Source of the DNA: Hamiltosporidium tvaerminnensis FI-OER-3-3
Taxonomy: Eukaryota; Fungi; Microsporidia
NCBI GenBank assembly: GCA_022605425.2
Contig: JAKIMF020000013.1
Coordinates: forward strand, 310,001 to 374,000
Direction: 5' to 3'
Length of the DNA: 64,000 nucleotides
Below the pieces are notes generated by a model, which worked only from the letters and a program-made list of their open reading frames with translations, had not been told where the DNA came from and searched no databases. Each line of letters begins with the position of its first letter. Position 1 is the stretch's first letter. This document shows, in pieces, positions 11,053-24,547 of this stretch. A program made the position numbers and the translations under genes.

Positions 11053-11295
11053 CATTCGTCCTTGGCACCAAAGCCCTATGCAAGCCTTGGCCTCCCTTGG
11101 TAAACCGCCAACCGGTCTTATTCAGTGGGTTTGTTTACTTATCGGGTTTTAAAGGGTGGTTTTAAAGGGTGGTTTTAAAGGGTGGGTTTTTGGCCCTACG
11201 CTCAACCCCAACATGGAGGATCGTTCCCTTTTAGTCGCCTCTTACGACAAGCAGAGAATTATCCAAGCCAATTCTCCTCCCGGCATGATGGAAAA
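11053..11295 (-). mobile_element. Bipartite RTE-derived SINE (RTE 5'UTR fused to RTE 3' tail), copy 1, with a 13-bp TSD
   Basis: Minus strand reads GCTTGTCGTAAGAGGCGACTAAAAGGG...GGGGTTGAGCGTAGGGCCAAAAACCC (RTE 5'UTR-like), then GGAGGCCAAGGCTTGCATAGGGCTTTGGTGCC plus GAATGAAT (RTE 3' end-like). TTTACAGACAATT is duplicated at 11040-11052 and 11296-11308. Confidence 0.85.
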
Positions 11296-12135
11296 TTTAC
11301 AGACAATTACTTTATAATAAAAGAATTGTGCGCAGGAATGCGATCTAATTGATAGAGACATACTTCAAGTTTAGATGCCTTACGGAGAAAAATGAAATAT
11401 CCAAAGTCTGATTGAATATAAAGTTAGGTACAATATAATTTATAAAATTTTGAGAAAAAAGTAAGTAAGTACAATAAAAAACCTATGTATACTCGTTTTA
11501 GATTTATATATTAAAAACCTTTCCACCTTAATATCTTTATAAAATAGCCACATATTTTCTAGGGAAATTAATCAAAGATATAGATTCTTAATTTAATCAC
11601 TAAAAATATTTGATATCACTGTTGCAAAGATCAAAAGTTTAATTATGTCTATATTTCTACAATAATATTCTTGAATATATCTTATATTTAAGATTTCGCA
11701 TTAAATTAGGAAATTCAAATCGATCTATGAGTTAATTTTGATTGCTAATTTTATCTTTCAAAATAAGGTTTTTAATGAGGATGTGATTTTTTCTTCAATA
11801 TTTGGCTTAAATGCAAATAAATAACAAAAAAATTGACACTATTTATAATATAAAGCTACTTGTAAAACTATTACTGCTCAAAATCAGATAAAGTAGAAAA
11901 GTTAGAAGCATTATTAAGATGTTTCCAATGTAATTTCAATAAAAAAGAAAAACCGCTATCTTAAAAGACCTACTTTCCTTTCAAAATATTGTATGCATAT
12001 CAGAAATATGGTTAGAATACCAAATATTTGTTTTTTTTATCATTGGAAAATAAATAGATTTAACTTTCAAGATAATATGATATGATAAAAGGGTCTTAAA
12101 AATGATAAGATATAATAAAAAAAATTTTAAAAAAT

Positions 12136-12816
12136 AGTACATCTGTTAAAATTATGGCATGTATTGTTTGTTTTCATAACATTTACTTAGTTCAAGGTTA
12201 AAAGTTGATAATTGCTCTTACAAAATTTTATCAGTGTCATTTACATAACTAAATCTTAAAATTTTTCCCTGAATAGTACGTCAAAGTCATTTAATGAACA
12301 GCAATTTACTGAAAGATGATCAATGGTCGAGATCTCTTTAGATATTCTCAAGACCGGCTTCATTTCTACTTTCTCTATATTTCAAGAACCTAATAGATTT
12401 CTAGCTAAGATATATCAAGGGAACATATATGAAGTCTAATTAGGCGCTGCAACTTCATAACAATAGGTATTACTTGCATCTTAGCTTTACTGGCTCTTTA
12501 AAGAATATTTTTTCATAACTCTCAGGCGCGAAATATTTCAACTAATATAGACAATGTTGGGCTTAATATTTTAAATGGCAATTACCCATATTTTCAGCTG
12601 CGGTCCGCAATCTAGTTACATAAAAAAAACCATAGAATTTTTTGTAGCGAACGTTTCGCCGTTCCTTTTACCGCCTTCTACTTATAGAAACACTTATTGT
12701 GCAACCTAGAACGTAGTGTTGTTATCATTCTTTTAAAAATCTAAATAATGATCTCGACAAGAATTTCACATACCAATAGCCAAGCAGAACGGGTTTATAT
12801 AATGTTATTCACCTAC
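12136..12816 (-). repeat. Family A ~700-bp element, diverged copy 2
   Basis: Reverse complement contains TTATGTAACTAGATTGCGGACCGCAGCTGAA, GATATATCTTAGCTAGAA and ATGTTATGAAAACAAA, in the same order as the other copies. Confidence 0.8.
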
Positions 12817-14465
12817 AACAATTTATCAATAGTTGGTTATGCTATGAGTTTAAAAAAATATTTATACATTGATAGATGTTTAAGTTTTTTACAAATAGAA
12901 TTGAAAATTTATATCAAATATCATAAAAGAATTGATACATGTCCTGTAGTGTTAAAAACAAATATGGATTTCAATCTTAGAACAAAAAAGATGTTTTTTC
13001 GAAATTATAAAATAAATTAATATGTTTTAATGTTTTGCTAGTTTATAAGTCTCCGATTAATGATATTATTGGTTTATATAATTCAAAATTTAAACTTGAC
13101 TTACCCAAGATTAATTATACCTTGTTTTTTTCATAATATTATTTGTTTATTTCCTATCACCTTATTTATAAACGGTTTTAACATATATTTGAAACACAGT
13201 ATAGCTTTTGACTTTTTACCCTTAAAAGAGCATCAAAACTTTGTATTTTTTTAGCTTAAAACACATTCCCTCTTTAGTTAGTTCACCTAGCGGAACGTAA
13301 TGATTTTCGTATATTTCAGCCTCTTGTACAATATTTATTCGTTTTTATATCTAAGCCTTCAGCAGCATTTGGGCGTGCATTCAGTCTTCTTAGCCAACCA
13401 AAAAAAATTACATCAACAGAATGTTATTAAAAGAGCACGGGTTATTTTAAAGAAATTTCAATATCTTTTTTGCATGATATTTAGTAAATTTCAACATTTA
13501 CTTCAGAAAGGCCGTCTTTTATTAAGGAAATATATAGTATTGAATTAAAATCTTGTATTTTTGCATTGTGGTTACTATTTAATAGCTTATCCTAACAAAT
13601 TTTAGTATGTTGCAAAAAATAATTTTTTTATAATGTGGATACATCAAAGTAAACCATGATTTTACTTATTAAACATATTTTTGAATTGTAAAAGAATTGA
13701 AGCTTCGAATATTATAAAGAAATATATATAATTATTCTACTACAGTATATATATATTGACATCCTCAGATTCTAGTTTCATATGAATATGTATGAGACAT
13801 AAAACCAAGTTAAATTTAGTTTTATTTATATTTTGAATGTAACTATTTGTATCATTGGCAACCTATGGAAGTTTTTTTTATGGCTTGTCTATAGGGAACC
13901 ATTCTTCTTAATTTATTTTGCTAAATTATATTAAAATTTAAAAAAATGATTAGGTTTCGTCATTATTTTTAATTAGAACCTTATAGTTTCTAGGATTAAT
14001 ACACAATCTATTTTGTATTTTAGTTGGTAGACAAACCTGAAAATGGCTATATGCTAATATTTTAGGTTAGTCTTTATTTTTTTGTTTTTACGGTCTGCAA
14101 TATATCATACAGCTAAACATATATTTAGTTGTTTATACATCTACCTTTTCTCATATTAACATATAAAATATTTAATGAAGTACACTTGCCAAATGTTTTG
14201 TAGATTTAAACTACTTTTGCCCGATGAAATTATTATGATGTTCAATTTAAACATTTGGAAATAAATATTTTTATTGTAATAAGAAAATTTTAATTAGACA
14301 TGCGACGTTTAAAAAATTCTAGAATCAATTTTTTTATTTGCCTAGAAAATTTTTATAACTATAAATGAGAATATATAGGTGGTAACAATATTTTAGATGC
14401 TCGGCATACGTTCATTATATTCAAAAAAAAGAATTTATGTGCAAAATAAAATCATATTGTATACT

Positions 14466-16718
14466 ATGCTTAATTTTTTGATTATAGCTACTGTTACTAA
14501 TGTGAAATTTGTTTTTCAGGTAAATGATAGAAAAAATGATTCTACGGGTGATATTCTGCCATTAGATGAAATAAATTCAAATATAGAATATTTAAGAGTA
14601 TAAGATGCAGCAAAGGAAGTATCTTAGACGAAATTGTGAGCGGAAATACATTTAAAAATGAATCAATTTTTTATCTTAATGATATCGAAAAATATCCGCT
14701 TAGATTTAGAAAATTCTATGTATCGCCATCAGAAACACATCAAGAAATCATTTTATACATGGAAGGTATATACTATCCTGGATTTTTAATATTTTACTAT
14801 TACTTAAAAACTTGCTATTTACCACAGCAAAATTTTTCTTATCATACGTTTATCTCAATTCTATATTTTCTAGATCATTTTGAAGTAGAATTTGATATTA
14901 ATATTACAAATATAATTCAGAATCTTCTATTTAATTCAAGTTTCATTAAAATAGATTTTGAAAATATTTCAAATGATATGAAAGTTAGATTTAATATTTC
15001 TGATAACCGTTCTTTTAGGTTATTTATGTTCATTTTTAAAGTAATCCGTTTCTCATATATGTCAGAAATAAATGGTTTTATGAAATTTCTATATGCTCAA
15101 GCATGTGCTTTCAAACTGAAGGAAAGCGATTTTATTACCACTGATGTTAAAAATCGAATTCTTAGAATTGGTAATGCATATTATATCACTAATTATGACA
15201 AATTGTTGCCTCAGATAAGAGATAATAGACTTATTTTAGAAGTTTTGTTTGATTTATTTACAATCCAGGTAATACATTTGCAGAATATTGATAGAATTAG
15301 ATCAGAAGTAGAAAATATTCTATCGTTGGTTTTGAATAAATTAGAAAAAATTGTATTTTTTAATTTAAAGTTAGACAACATTTTTATTGATTTCATTAAT
15401 AAGCATAAACTCTTCAGAAGAACCAAAGCTCTCGAATTCATCGCCTGCGATTTCAAAGATATTGTGTTTATTTATCTGAAGAAGTTAAAAATATATCTAG
15501 GATTTCATTCTTTGGAATTTTAGATGAATACAGAATGAACGAAAAGTTAATACATGGAAAAGATGAACCATTTACTCCTGAAATAATATGCCTTATTACC
15601 GATTTGAATATTTCTTTTCAAGAAAATTACAACCATGAAACCAAAAATAAAATTAAATTTTCAGAATTTTGTATAAATACCAATTTTTATCCACGCGAAT
15701 CCAATTCAAAGATTTTAGTAAACACATCCTTCATTTATAAATGTTCCATGTGGCGTATCATGGGTTTCAAAACGAATGATAACCATATCGAAAATTTAAT
15801 TATGGATTTTTATAACGAAAAACTGCTAGAATTCAATTTTCTTCAAATATCGAAGTACGAATATATAAATGTTATAAATATTAGGCATTCAGAAATATCG
15901 TTTGCGTCATTGAATGAGATATTATTATTTAAAAATATCAAAAGGCTAGTCTTGGAAGAAATAAAAATTATAGAGAAGAATGAAAATGTCAGATTTACTT
16001 ATCGAAATAATTCAATAATGATTTTCGAAGTTATATTCCGGAAATCTCTTCGAAATCAATTATCTATGATTATATTGATATGTTGGATGAATTGAAAAAT
16101 CTTCGCTTGCAATTTGAAAATAAATTGGCTAAAAATTATATTTTAAGCCAGTTTAAGAATAGGAATAAAAAAATGTTAATAAATTTTTTATTTTCAGATC
16201 ATAGTATTTCTAAATACGACATTCTCGAATTAAGTTTCTTAACAGAGTCAAAATCAGTTACCTTGGAGAAAGTAAATATTATAGGGTCGATTGTAAATTC
16301 ATTTCAAAATTGTAAATTCCATCAAATAGAATCTTTAACGTTCAAATATTGTATATTTAGTACTTCTGATAAAGAATCTATTCGTTGCAAAAATCTTGAA
16401 TATATAAAATTTCATAGGTGTAAATTTGACAATATAAATTTTAGCAATCTATTTTGTAAGGATATTCGATATAAAATAAAAAAGTTTTATATGAATGAAT
16501 CCCAACTAACTGATAAAGACTTGATATGGTTGTGTTCTCTCCGTTGTTTGGTTTATATGAGTTTTTTTGATTCCATAATTCCTTATAATGCTTTGTTAAA
16601 GTTTAAAAAATCAGATTTTGCAAACCCTACAAATCTAAAACTTAATCTATTTCAATATAAAAACCGGTCAAAATATAAAAATCATATATACGAAGAATTT
16701 GGTCTTATTGATAGATAG
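14466..16718 (+). pseudogene. Fragmented secreted LRR-like protein of a lineage-expanded family (pseudogene or assembly indels)
   Basis: Four consecutive ORFs (14397-14603, 14636-15523, 15535-16095, 16080-16718) are joined by stops and frameshifts. Signal-like start MLNFLIIATV; LxxLxL/F repeats such as IESLTFKYC, LEYIKFHRC and LRCLVYMSF. Confidence 0.65.
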
Positions 16719-18250
16719 ATGGTCAAAATTTTGTGTTATAAAGATTATCTTAGTTTGTAAAAAAATATCTTAATTATTTTATACAGTATTAAACTTATTT
16801 TCAATTTTCAATCTACAATTTTGAAAGTATTTTTAACTTCTATGAATTCAAGATGCTTATATGCCCGATTAAATATTGTTATATGTAATTTATTACCAAG
16901 AACGGTTATTTTTATGTTAAAATTCTATTAAAATATGATATTTTATAAAAGTAAATACTTTAGTAGCAATCAACATTAAAAAATGGTTTATAAGATTCCG
17001 CCAGTCTTACATATGTGTATAATTTGAATACAATATAACGAATCGTTGCTAGCAAATTTTCTTGGAACCATACAAAGCAATCAAAAAAAGATAATTTAAA
17101 AGGAACATCTAAGATATGAATAATTAATTACATTATATGAGAATTTAATACTTTATTTGTATCTCCATAAATTATAATAACTTAAATGATTAAATTTGAT
17201 GGAATATTTCAACCAAAGATCGAATATTTTACAATTGATTTTTAACAACTTTATAAAGGCTTATACCATGGATCAAAATTAAACTTTTTTGAAGTAGTTA
17301 AAACGTAAATCGACCCAAATATTAATATAAAAAAGGTAGATCAGGTTTGTTTAAAATTATAAGAATATTTTTTGATTCGTTGAATTTTGATCAGTTTAGA
17401 TTTGTTTAAAAAACATATTCTCAATAATTTTCTGCTAAAAAATCATATTTAAACCAAAATGTATTTAAAAGATTAAGATACATTACATTTATGCTTGATT
17501 ATTTATTAAACCCATTCCTTCTTTTTAGATTGCAAAAAAGATATATATATTTGATATAAATATTGATTATAAAACAGAAATCATTAGTATGTAAAAATAT
17601 AAATTATAACTGTATTCAAAAGCGAGACCAATTGAATTTTTTGCTATATACACATTTTTGACATTTATTGGTCCGTATATTTGGCTTAGGTTAGATTATT
17701 GTAATTCGATCCCTATTTATGAAATTAAACGGAAGCAGATTTAATTCTCGATAATTTTCGGTTTAATGCCAATTTCATTCTCGCTGTGAATTTTCAAAGA
17801 AGAAATAGATTGCATTTTCCTCGGTTTCTTGTATGGAATTCAGTGATGTCCTATATTTACATCGTATGCAGTACAATTTACCCTTATGATTCAAGATTTT
17901 AGAAAAATTGTTTTAAATACTATTTGTATTCAAATTACAGTACATATTAGAAGTTTTTATATGCATTTATATGCCTTTAAAGAAATTCAAATATTAATTC
18001 CTGATAATGTCATAATACGCCATAAAATCAATTTTTTCAATTAAAAACTAACTAAATAATCCAACTATACAAAAATTGCTTTCTCTAAAAGAATAATTTT
18101 AGAGTAAAATGAAGCGATTGTGTAAGGTAAATTTCAACTATAAAATTTTCTTAATCTTCAATTTATAGTTCAAAACAAATAGTTAAGACAAATAATTCTA
18201 AGTTTTAAATCTTTGCAAATTTAGACATTTACTTCTATTTCTAAATGCTT

Positions 18251-18488
18251 CTATCATTTATTCTCGGCACTACAGCCCTGCAAGAGCCTTATCCTCCCTC
18301 AGTAATATCTTCACCGGTCTTTTTACAGTGGATTTGTTTGCTTTTTCGGGTTTCATAACAAGTTGCTTTTAAAAGAAGGGTTGTTGGCCCTACACTCAAC
18401 CACAACATGGAGTAACAGTCCCTTTTAGTGCTTCTTACAGCAAACAGAGAATATTCCAAACCAATACTGCTCCCGGCCTGGTGGGGGA
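18251..18488 (-). mobile_element. Bipartite RTE-derived SINE, diverged copy 2
   Basis: Collinear with 11053-11295 (TTGGCCCTAC.CTCAACC.CAACATGGAG; CCCTTTTAGT..C.TCTTAC; CTCCCGGC). Degenerate TSD: TCTAAATGCTT (18240-18250) versus TCTAAATACAT (18489-18499). Confidence 0.8.
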
Positions 18489-19377
18489 TCTAAATACATA
18501 CTTTCTAAAATTTTCGAATTGAATAACATATAATTGTTTAAAATTCAAAATGATACATTAAAAATGAATCAAAGTCTGTTCTGGAACATCGCATTGGATA
18601 TAAACATAGAAATGTGTGTCTATAAAACTTAAAATTTTAATATATTAGTCAACATTCTAGATTATTAAAAACTACGTTAGCCCTCAAATTATATTCCGCA
18701 TAAAGTCATCAGTAGCTAAACCTCATTTTATAGTTTAATTTTGCACATTCGAATCAACATCACTTTTCCCAAAACTGTCAGTATTTATAATTTATAAAAC
18801 TTTTAATATAAACTTCGCTTTTTTTTTGTATTTTTCAGATAACAAATTTTCGGTATTTAAAATAATGTTATGCATCGTTTAAGTCCAAGCATCTAATATA
18901 TGAATAAACATAATTTTTGGATCTTTTTATTATAATGAGATTAAATTTTCAAGTATCCATATTTTCAAGAATAATTTATATATCAATGCATCAAATATTA
19001 TTTCAAACTAAGATAAAATAGTTTAATGATAATTCATAAGTTTTTCAATTCAAACTTTTATGTTTTAGTTGAACAGAAAAAAATCTATTGTTTCTGAATT
19101 CAAATAAGCCAATGTTCCATGTCAAAACTCTTGAATAGTCTTATATTTCCAAGCCAGAATTTTAGGCAATATAGGCTTTATATTTTTTTTATAAACATTT
19201 TAATTAGATACCTAGACGTATGAGAAAAGGCAGTAGAACTAATTTAAAAAAATATAGCCAAACCAAGAGGCATTTAAAAAGGTTTAATATGTGTTTCTTA
19301 AGATTTTTTTAGAGATTTAAATGTTTTTTAAAAAAAGTAAACAGCAAAAAGCTTTGCTTCATTTAGGAGTTTTTGTT

Positions 19378-20763
19378 CAATATAATAATCGTTTCAAACA
19401 AATCATAATGTTAAGATCAATATAATAATTTGTTAAAAAATAATTTATTTCATTAAAAATTAACACCCTTGTCAAATTTTTTTTCGGGTAAAATACCAAC
19501 GAGAACAAATATCATTTCATGTCAGCGAAACACAAGAATGTATAGAGTATGAAAATGATAATGGTTTAGAGTGTCTTGTGGAAACATCGGAATCACATGA
19601 TGAAAATCTCCTAATAACTACTATTCCAACTCTGAGGAAACAAATGGTTTCTAATAATACCCGGGAACGCATAATTGAAAAGACATTGGAAGGTTCTTCT
19701 ATATTTGCAATTGCCTCGATGTATCCAATAAATTACCAGAGTTTAATTGTATCTTTAAACGATATTTAAAAACCGGCCTGGTATTTGTTGATAAAAGAGG
19801 TGGTAATAGGTGCTCAAAGTTAACTTTGGAAATAAAAGAGAGCTTACAAACCTATGTTAATTTGGAGTGTACAAAAACCCTGTATGAGTTGGCAGAATGG
19901 GTCAAGTGTACATTTAATATTGATGTGTCAACTAGTAAAATTGATCGCGCACTAAGGGAGTTCCATTACACTCTAAAGCGGAGAAAATCAGTGCCTGAGC
20001 GTAGAAATTTACTTTCGACACTTGAGCTAGGAACCAATTACGCAACTAGTTTTCGTGAGTTGGAGGTTGATAACGATGACAAAAACTTTGTCTTTTTAAA
20101 TGAAGTTGGGTTTGCAGTAGTCACACGCCCCAGTAGAGGTCGTAACATAAGAGGTAAATCTGCATACTTATCTGTAACAGCAGCTCGAAGTAGAAATATT
20201 TCAGTATTCGCAGCAATGAACAAACATGGTATGATATACCATAAGATTCATGAGAGAGCCGTAAATGGTGAGGATTTCAAATTATCCATTAAGTAGATTA
20301 ATGAAAGTTGTCAACGGCAATGAATTTTGACTCCAATATTTGTAATAGACAATGCGAGAATTCATCACTATAGGGAAATGAATGATGATGAGGAAATGGC
20401 TTCGTATCGAATAAAATATCTTCTGCCTTAATCTCTATTTCTTAATCCAATTGAGAATGTATTCTCGGTCTGGAAAAATAAAGTAATTCGAAGTGGTGCT
20501 CGTACTGAGCCTCAGTTAAGAATATTAATTTGTAAAAAATTTAATGAGATCACGGGAGAACATTGTAGTTCTTTTTACCGTAAAATGTTAGGATATTTGC
20601 AATAGCTGAAGTAGGGCAAGTGATTCTTGAATAATAAATCTCAAGTACTATTTATAATTTTATTTTTTAAATTTTTATTTTTTTAAAAAAATTGTTATAT
20701 TGATTGCAAAGATTATGATAATGATTGCGACAATTATGATATTGATTGCAATGATTATTACTG
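19378..20763 (+). mobile_element. IS630/Tc1-family DD34E DNA transposon, degenerate, with imperfect TIRs
   Basis: Transposase remnants FVFL(D>N)EVGF, FVIDNARIHH and YLLP*SLFLNPIENVF, with 34 residues between the second D and E; HTH region TLYELAEWV..STSKIDRALR. 19378-19440 resembles the reverse complement of 20680-20763. Confidence 0.88.
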
Positions 20764-21138
20764 ATCGAAAAACTTATAGGTAAAATAACTACTAGATTTC
20801 GACAATCTAGTGTTGGTTTAAATATATAAAAATTTCGAAAAAAAAATCCATGTATTTGTGTAAAAGACACTTTTGAGATTTTTAAAACATAAATTTTTAA
20901 AGCCAGGAATAATATTAACCTTGTTTTGTATGTTTCATATCACGTTTCCTCTTTCATGAATTTTCTTTAAATACGGCTCTTATATTATATTTTGAGCCAA
21001 TGCTTAATTTCCAATATTTTAGGCTGATGCAAACATATTACTGTTCTTATATTTTCCCAAATCTTTATCCCTGTTGTTTTATATGTGCAATAAACATATG
21101 TAAGTTATATTATTTTGCTTCGTTTGTAAATTCTCAGC

Positions 21139-21360
21139 GTGGGGAGAAGATAACCACATTATAACTATCTTGTTGGAATCTAGGGCGCTTAATTGGTGTC
21201 CCTTTATTGTTTTGTCTTTTTCGGAATATACATTTCATCTGATCTACACACCAATCCTACATAAGCTTGAATTACTGAAGATTAAAAGAAAAAAATGGAA
21301 ACTTTCTATTCGTTAAAAATTGACACCTATATTTTATAGAAGAATGGAATAAGTAAGTAA
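21139..21360 (+). repeat. Short family B element (shares the family A head, ends in a (TAAG)n tail), copy 1
   Basis: Starts GTGGGGAGAAGATAACCACATTATAACTATCTTG and ends GAATGGAATAAGTAAGTAA. Similar to 61215-61436 and 36953-37126. Confidence 0.7.
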
Positions 21361-24300
21361 AAGTAAATTCTAATATTATTATTTCTTGTTAAAATCTGTA
21401 TTGTGCTTTGACTGAATTCCTCCGTAAATTCTATGAGATTATTGAGTGTCTATGCGATTATTATAGAAAGTAAATTTATATTTATTTATACTTGTATGAT
21501 ACCTTTGACAATGCGTAATCTTCTATAAGAAAATAACTTACTCTCGTTTTTAATTCTATTTTTTGCAAATAAATCGTAAATTCTGGTTTTTCTGCCAGTA
21601 AAATTTCTCCGACTCTTGTTAAATATATTCGAGCTAAATAATCTTAATATTTTTGAACTCACATAAAAATAATCATATTAACTTTATTTTTTAGATATTG
21701 ACATGCATTTTTTAGTATGCGTCTAGAGCTATTTAAAGCAATAATATTTATGCGTTTCGATCGATTTCACGGTCTATTTCGCTTTATATATTTATGATGT
21801 TTTTATTTGGTTTGTAAAGAATAGCGAAACAGGCTATCGTCATGGTTAAGATGGCCATGTCTAGATTTTTCACATACCTTTAAGGGCTTCATGCAATCGT
21901 AGATTTTCTCGGTTTTGGCTCATTATTAATCCCAAGATAGACTATTATTCATACTATGGCGGAAAATCGCATATTCATATAACTTTTAGACTCTCTCTTT
22001 TTGGCCGTCCGGTGATAAATTTATTCTATCTAGTTTCTTATTAAGTTAAGTATTCGCCGCAAAAACAGTCAAAGTTATGCTTTTGACACTTCAATAAGCT
22101 ACTTATTTCCTTAAGGCACTACTTTGCATCATATTTTGAAATTATATACTCGGTTTTTTATTATTTAATCATTATAACGTGGAAAATGTTAAATTATTCC
22201 TAGTAAGCTTAAGGTTTTCAAATTAGCAACATTTTCAATTTGCTTCATCTAAAGTTGCAAAGAATATTGTAAATAAATATGCTTTTTTTGATTTTCTCGG
22301 AGTAGAAATTTAAATGATATAGCCGCATTTGAATTTCAGATTAAGCAATATATTTAATTCTTTATTTACATCACTCACACCGTCTTCTCGAATCGATCAA
22401 TAAATCGTTGAAATCAAATTTATTCATTCGGTATAATTTTACAAAAATCTGGTTCAGTCATTCGAAACATAAGTTTCATGCGGTTTTTGTGCTCGAAAAT
22501 GCTTTATGACATATAATATGTAAATCTTTTAGGAGCTGAAATGAACCTCGTTATTTTTTTTGCTATCAGTTCATTACCAAGAAACTATTAAAACGAACTT
22601 TTTGTATAGATAAGTATTTACTTTGTCGTACGCATTATTTGTTTCGAATCTGTTTTTCGAATATTTTACCTTATTTTTGCATGAGAATGCTGTCCTCATC
22701 TGTCATGGTATAGAGTTTTTCTTTGCTTTTAATATCTTAAAATTATTACTAAGGAGTAATCGTTTTTATTAGACAGTTTTTTCATATTTATTCCTATTTA
22801 TAGGTATTTCCTATTGTCATTTAAACTCAATAGATCTGTACAAAACACAAATATGAGAGGTGAAAACCAAGATTTTACAGAGTTTTTTTAATTGTTTTTG
22901 TTATGGATTACTCGGTTACTAGGGATCTTAAATATGATTTTGATTGTATATAGACTGAAATACAAGACCAGTTTGCACATGGTTGTTTTGTATATTGTTA
23001 TGTCACATCATCACGAAGATTAAGGCATGTATTTTTTCCAAATCAATTCATATGCTTTCAGGTTGTTTTAAGACTATTTATTACGACTGAACCGTATAAG
23101 GAAATATCGATATTTTTTATAGATTCCTCAATATCTGGTGATTTTTATATGAAATACATGGATATACTTAAGAGAACGAATATTGTTGCACTTCAAAGTT
23201 TCAATACACGTTTTTTTTGTCGTATAAAGGATTTTTCAAAGGAAAGCTTAAAAGTGGTACTTCTTTGAAAATTTAAAATTTTAATGGCAGTATAACAGAA
23301 AACTCTAGTATTTTTATTAAAATATGTGATTTCCAACATCATAAAGTTTGTTTAGACAGTTTTAACTACTAGAAAAACCAAAGCTAGAACAATATCGCTT
23401 TTTAGGTCCGAAACAAAAAATTTTTAAATATTTTTTAAAGCAAGAAATATAGTCAGGGAATATAAAACGAGAAAAATGTTTATCCTATATTACGGTTTTA
23501 TTATTCTCTTACAGAGTAGAAAGCAAAGATTCAAATATATTATGGTTTGAGATTCTCGAATTTGGCAGATTCGATTGATCTATAATGATCCACCCGTATT
23601 TTTTATAAATATTTTTTTTGTTAAATTGTTTTTTACTTTATTTTTCGGTGTTTTTTTTACACATACACCGATAAATTTTTCTTTTTTCCCAGATTTTGCT
23701 AAAATCATATCTTATAGCAGAATATTAATTTAATCAGTGCCAAGATTTATTCAAACCAGTTGCTTTGAATAAAACAAGGTCCTCGGTTCAAATTTTTTTT
23801 GAGGCCTTTGGAAAGGTTTGATTTGTGAATTCTCTTTTTGGATTTGCCGTTTAAACGACCATGAGTTTATTTTGTGATTAAAACAACAAGACCTCGTATT
23901 TGTCTATATTTTCGGTGAAAAATCATTTATCCACATCTGGTCATTAAATTCGATATATAGACGATTATTCAATTAATTAGATCGAAAACTTTGTTATCAA
24001 ATAATTCACACAAAAATTTTGCGTCATACGTATATTCTCTAAGCTTTTTTTATTTATATAAGTAATTAATTCTCAGGTTTATATAGAAGGTGATGCCAAT
24101 TCAAGATATTAGCTCAATAATTAAATAATCAATTACAATTCTTTTTACTATTTTATGCTCTAAAATATTCTACCGGTCATGTCTGTATTCATTCTATTAC
24201 ATTGATATTTGAGCATACTCAAATTTTATGATGTAATTTTTCATGAGCTTGTATGATCATTTTTGCAAACTTTTTCAAATATTGTTTCTATCTTTAATTA

Positions 24301-24547
24301 AGGTCGACACGGACATTATTTTCTGTTTAATTTTACAGAATCTTGTTAGTTTTTAGTCTAATAAATTCGTTTTCTTAAGTTTAAATCTTTCAGAGTAGTT
24401 CCTACTTATATAAAAAGATCAGAATGAAAGCAACAAAAAAAGAACAAAAATTCATTGTTATAAGCAAAAGAGAGATAAATTTTAATAAAAGAAATTTAAT
24501 GAACCAAGCAAATCATCAGAAAGCTTAATATTTCCCAAGTAAATTTA

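Noticed and set aside
11145-11187. G-quadruplex or telomere-like repeat (TTTTAAAGGGTGG)x3
   Set aside because: It is a local 13-bp slippage inside one SINE copy and is absent from copy 2; the loops are long.
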